A stretch of 62,574 nt of DNA, filler included, from a bacterium (GTDB taxonomy: Bacteria > UBP15 > UBA6099 > JAJRTR01): the NCBI GenBank assembly GCA_024278215.1. It is 5 parts of 5 records of this genome, joined end to end, with 100 filler letters (N's around TTAATTAATTAA, not from the genome) between each part and the next. Parts side by side here need not be neighbours in the genome. Positions count along the whole stretch, not along the records: positions 56,430 to 62,574 come from JAJRTR010000203.1; 4 more parts are not named here. One strand, 5' to 3'. Positions 59,501-62,574 of this stretch are shown one piece after another; position 1 is the first letter of the stretch; the number at the start of each line of letters is the position of its first letter. The notes under the pieces were generated by a model that worked only from the letters and a program-made list of their open reading frames with translations, did not search any database and was not told where the DNA came from. The position numbers and the translations under genes are program-made.

Positions 59501-59872
59501 CCGCTCTCCGAACAGGAGATCATGCAGAAACTCACGCACACCGACGCACTCATCGAACGCAACCGGGAAATAAGCAGATCGCTGGGCACCGAAGCGCTCG
59601 ACATCTTCTCACCTTATGTCGGAAATATCGTGGAAACAAAAGCTGATCTGGAAAATTTTGCAATAAACCTTGACCCCAACAAGGATTTACTGGTAGAATT
59701 GGAAAAGCGGGTATTTGATAAATTTTATATCAAATACAATAGAAGATTCTCGCAGAAGGTCGAAGAAGACCTCGAAGTGAGATACAAGTTTCAAAACAGA
59801 AGCTTCTTAAAATGGGGGATAGATCAGGATAGCCAGTCTGACTATCAGGTGGAATACAGGCTCCGGTTCTAA
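56525..59872 (+). CDS. tamB: Translocation and assembly module TamB-like protein (5' truncated)
   Basis: Repetitive beta-rich motifs (GSFDKP, GTPDSP, GSLAAPQVSG), LSEQEI, C-terminal EYRLRF. Confidence 0.85.
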   Translation: MNTIELKSGGGSARGLGKVIIGTGGFERYEFAGELDRFSAADIIEMAGLENTQGIDGAVSGYISVFTGEDGSPTVVGSLRAVDIEGTALDGCSAIAGFNYTGNTLNIENFVMSGTNKDVVARGTIDEGGRMDIAIDGGLAPVKTLLTLAGRSDLEASGTIRFNGEISGKVSDPVLTATFESDAVQVSSFAADRVAGELSYASNRLTLEDISLFNGSDRHELAGNIDFEKRTLAMSVNMDDSSIKNMSQLVCDALRLDVELPEDLDGRFDAQLLVTGSFDKPLAALSLEARDITAFGENIDSVSAFIDYSDIVSIREGTVIKAASTTIAVSGSAGPDGLDIRINAPGIRMENIRRLEPYRLAGLLDVNILISGTPDSPEIDAGASSGRLTFRDTAFVLEETRVNYKEEFLTAKRIPITRGDEKYILRFVYDMAASSVDIAGQLEHAAMKTFAGFLPYKIPEGTGGVLDGRFRLYYIADEMSGAVIMNGKDLSIGTYPVSKLALDGSFNGNILTINNFEALNDVSTVTADGTLDLREKSAVKMNINASGIELSRLSEMGLVGAQIDGFADIVIEMITENGEQLTLGSFDAYDPTFAGIAFDRGRGRFEYNGNILKLIDLQFLSGGDRISVSADIPVTDDAKDSFRIVPSGKNVDVSIINPLLDRIGLELTGKVDLDNIVIGGSFDRPRFSGEISLSNGTAVYEKLEQPVKQLSGKAVFDGDRLLLDNLSGTVSGKKADVAGEIILDGFVVDSFNFQLSDIDNVQLTYGGMFDGRIDFKNVGIKGTGSSVSFYNPATGAISVNFHNGTFTIPQLTDEPEEKKAESAGGPPVLLFGDKGIIARVGDGLTVRTGTNNLSLSPHGELQLTGSLAAPQVSGWLVSTRGYVRAFANTFKMIDDTYIGFYTLPDVGVIPIFYAIARTRAGGSEITMEISGPMVDLNLVPAYREICGDSSELGGATGIGVPTMALGPAGEMTVPICPRVNFTAYAENDPAATPLSEQEIMQKLTHTDALIERNREISRSLGTEALDIFSPYVGNIVETKADLENFAINLDPNKDLLVELEKRVFDKFYIKYNRRFSQKVEEDLEVRYKFQNRSFLKWGIDQDSQSDYQVEYRLRF

Positions 59873-59882
59873 CCGGACAAAT

Positions 59883-60533
59883 ATGATAGAAGCTTACATG
59901 AACGAACTCTCCAAGGTTCGGGTCTTTACACCAGATGAAGAGGCCGAGTGTTGGAGGCGGTACAAGTACGACGATGATGTCGAGGCGCGTGCGCGCGTCA
60001 TCGAAGCATATCAACCCCTCGTATACAAAATCGTCAAGAACATCAAAGCCGGTAATGAGGTTATGCTTGACCTTATTCAGGAGGGCACTGTCGGACTTAT
60101 TGAAGCTGTCGAGCGTTTCGACCCCGGCAAAAACATCAAGTTCACGACTTATGCTCCCTTCCGCATCAGGGGCCGCATCATCAACTATCTCGAGCGCAAC
60201 AGAAAGAACCCGAGCATCACCATGGACCACAGCACACAGGCGATGCAGGATATTCTCGGCATGGCCAGTCTGTTCGACGATCCTACCGACACAAAGAAAA
60301 ACGTCGAGAAAATCGCCGAAGACGACATGCTCCTCGGCATTGTGCTCAAAAGCATGTCGCGCCTGTCCGATAAAGAACGCGCTGTCGTAACGGGAATCTA
60401 CATCCACGACAAAAAAGCGACAGACCTCGCTAAAGAACTCGGCATCAGCAACTCATACCTCAGCAGGCTCCAGAAAAAAGGCGTGCGACGCCTGCGAGGT
60501 ATGCTATCGAGACTCATGAAGGAAATGAAATAA
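59883..60533 (+). CDS. Alternative sigma-70 family sigma factor
   Basis: YQPLV, DLIQEGTVGLIEAVERFDP, FTTYA..RIRG, LSDKER, region 4 HTH. Confidence 0.92.
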   Translation: MIEAYMNELSKVRVFTPDEEAECWRRYKYDDDVEARARVIEAYQPLVYKIVKNIKAGNEVMLDLIQEGTVGLIEAVERFDPGKNIKFTTYAPFRIRGRIINYLERNRKNPSITMDHSTQAMQDILGMASLFDDPTDTKKNVEKIAEDDMLLGIVLKSMSRLSDKERAVVTGIYIHDKKATDLAKELGISNSYLSRLQKKGVRRLRGMLSRLMKEMK

Positions 60534-60853
60534 GCAGCAATAAAAGGACTTTTTTATCAATTCACATAAAGGAGAAACACGCATAAAAATACTATACTCG
60601 AATAACAGGAATATGATGTTTCAAGAACCTGTTCCTTAAAACCTCATCTGCCGGATATTTCGAAGAAAAATTTCGTAACAGGCGGAAAAACGCAGATAAT
60701 CGCAGGTTTCGCAGTATATTATAAGGAGAATATGTATTTTATCCCGTATTATCAGTATACATTTCATTTTTCAACGGGATAATATCTATAAAGCAGTAAC
60801 TACTATTATTAGAGTCGACTAGAAAGCAATTCTTTTCAGCGGCGGGGGATGAC

Positions 60854-61720
60854 ATGAAGGACCACCACGTAGACGCAGATCAAGTCTGCAAGCACATCAA
60901 GTACACCGAACACTGGCTCGAAAAGGCCAACAGGGATTTCGAGGAAAAGAACTTTGCCAATGGCGGCATAGTACTGAACATCGCCAGGGCGGAACTCACT
61001 GCTGCCTGGGAAGAGGCAATGCAATTGAAGGCCCAGGTCTTCACAGCGCTGCCCCGCAAAGCCAGGGCAAACTGGAAACCACTCACATCCGTGGGTGCGC
61101 TTGCCAGCGGTTTTCTCATCGCTTTCGTGATGATGAAAGTCATGCCGGGCACTATTCCGGGCAACAACACGCAACCGGCAATGGAAACGACCCGTGTGGT
61201 CGCGCCCGCGCCGGCCGACCTCGAACAGGCTCGCTCAGCCACAATAGAAGAATCTGCGGCAGCAGTAGTGGCGGACCAGAAAGTAGAAAAAGAAGTTCAG
61301 GTGAAGACTTCAGAAACAGCCGGGGAAACCGCACAGCCGGTAGCCCCGACAGCCGTTGAAAAAGCAATAGAAACGGCGGCTGTGGCGCCGGTTGTTGTCA
61401 AGCAACCGGCCCCTGCCGTACGCCGTTCCGACCCCCAACCCCGCACAGCCCAGGCCCCGGCAGCGAAGAAACACATCGCCGCCTTTGCCGCCCCCACGCA
61501 ACAGACCGAACATGCCGAAACGGAAACGCAAGCGAAACAGCAAGCCGTTTCCGTCATGCCGGTTGTCAAACGTGCGCCTCTGCCCTATTCGCCCATCGCG
61601 GGGCAGTCCACCGCATTCAGGACACACAATCAGACCGCGGAGAAAAAAGAGAACAAAGAACTCGGCCAGGCCGAAGTAATCGACCTCTACCGCACTGCCG
61701 CCCAGGCCCTCGAAATGTAA
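60854..61720 (+). CDS. Membrane-anchored hypothetical protein, candidate anti-sigma factor
   Basis: N-terminal helical domain (HWLEKA...LNIARAEL), single TM, Ala/Pro-rich C-terminus; downstream of the sigma factor. Confidence 0.6.
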   Translation: MKDHHVDADQVCKHIKYTEHWLEKANRDFEEKNFANGGIVLNIARAELTAAWEEAMQLKAQVFTALPRKARANWKPLTSVGALASGFLIAFVMMKVMPGTIPGNNTQPAMETTRVVAPAPADLEQARSATIEESAAAVVADQKVEKEVQVKTSETAGETAQPVAPTAVEKAIETAAVAPVVVKQPAPAVRRSDPQPRTAQAPAAKKHIAAFAAPTQQTEHAETETQAKQQAVSVMPVVKRAPLPYSPIAGQSTAFRTHNQTAEKKENKELGQAEVIDLYRTAAQALEM

Positions 61721-61814
61721 CCATTCAAAAGCGCCGCTTCAGCATTTTAAAAGAGTTTCTCTTTGTTTCCATTTTTCTGATTCCTCTGTAGTGTCGTGTC
61801 AACAAAGAAAAGAC

Positions 61815-62046
61815 GTAACTGTTCACGGGGGAGCATTGAAAATAATACTTTAAACACCTGTAGATACTTCGCTTCGCTCAGAATGACAAACCACGGATTT
61901 TGAGTATAACGGCGATAACAGAAAATCCTGGAATGCAAAAACGTCAGTTTTGCGAAATGCGACTTCTTCACAGTTGCAACGACACAGTCGTTGCATTCCA
62001 GGAATTTCAGATGTACTGTTGCGAACAGTTACTTGTGAACGGATAC
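61815..62046. mobile_element. 232-bp MITE-like element with 8-bp target duplication
   Basis: Ends GTAACTGTTCAC/GTGAACGGATAC; GAAAAGAC at 61807-61814 and 62047-62054. Confidence 0.65.
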
Positions 62047-62065
62047 GAAAAGACGTAAGATGGTT

Positions 62066-62207
62066 GATTCGCGTGTAATAAGTCGAAGATGACAAATGTC
62101 AACCAACAATGATCGACTATAACGAACGTGTGTTCAGCATTTCAAAGCATCTTGACCGACTTTGACAAAAAACGTTGTTTTTGAAAATGACTTATTACAC
62201 ACGAATC
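62066..62207. mobile_element. 142-bp MITE with target duplication
   Basis: 19-bp TIR GATTCGYGTGTAATAAGTC (one mismatch), flanked by ATGGTT direct repeats. Confidence 0.8.
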
Positions 62208-62574
62208 ATGGTTAGCATAACAACGATAACAGGGGCGGGGTCACCGCGGCCCGCCTGAACTTGTGTTTTTGTTCTGCACCGAAATAACCCGAATGTCTTG
62301 CATGAAAAAAGCCCCTTGTTATGACGCTGTTGATAAAATCTGCTTATCGGCCTTTGCTCAAATTTTCATTTTGAAATTTTTTGAGTTTTTCAGACGTCCA
62401 TCGAGTATTTGTCGAAATGTTTCGCGTTCTCTTCTTTTTCTGTCGTGTTTTTCCATTTTTTTGTTCCTTTCACTACTCCCCCTTTGCTAACTTTGCGCTA
62501 CTTTTGCGCACTTCCCGTTTTTAGACGCATTTGTGCCCTGTTCGTGGTATCGAAGTTTCACCCATCGTTTGAGA

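Overview
Draft bacterial genome window made of five contigs joined by artificial 100-bp N/TTAATTAATTAA spacers (19662-19761, 30369-30468, 36349-36448, 56330-56429), so gene order across gaps is not biological. The organism looks like a diderm (TamB, beta-barrel proteins, type IV pilins) with Firmicutes/Terrabacteria-like genes (DegV, DUF3866, tamB-sigma cluster). Content is mostly housekeeping and envelope: two LarA paralogues, a B12 radical SAM, an orphan DNA methyltransferase, sirtuin, acyl-CoA dehydrogenase, panE, moaB, znuABC, minor pilins, dxr-PBP-Slt, MBOAT, plsC, dnaA-dnaN-dciA with probable oriC, Tat-signalled AmrS and DUF362, a Cys-rich pilin, and tamB-sigma. The most striking signal is non-coding: at least five families of miniature inverted-repeat or REP-like elements with no transposase in the window. 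One is a ~179-bp palindromic MITE (GAGCCAATTGCAAAAT...ATTTTGCAATTGGCTC) with four long copies, two 48-bp derivatives with 4-bp target duplications and one fragment. One copy sits in frame inside the signal peptide of an outer-membrane protein, resembling Rickettsia palindromic elements. A candidate ~117-nt structured ncRNA is also present. All family assignments come from motif recognition by eye; no database searches were run.
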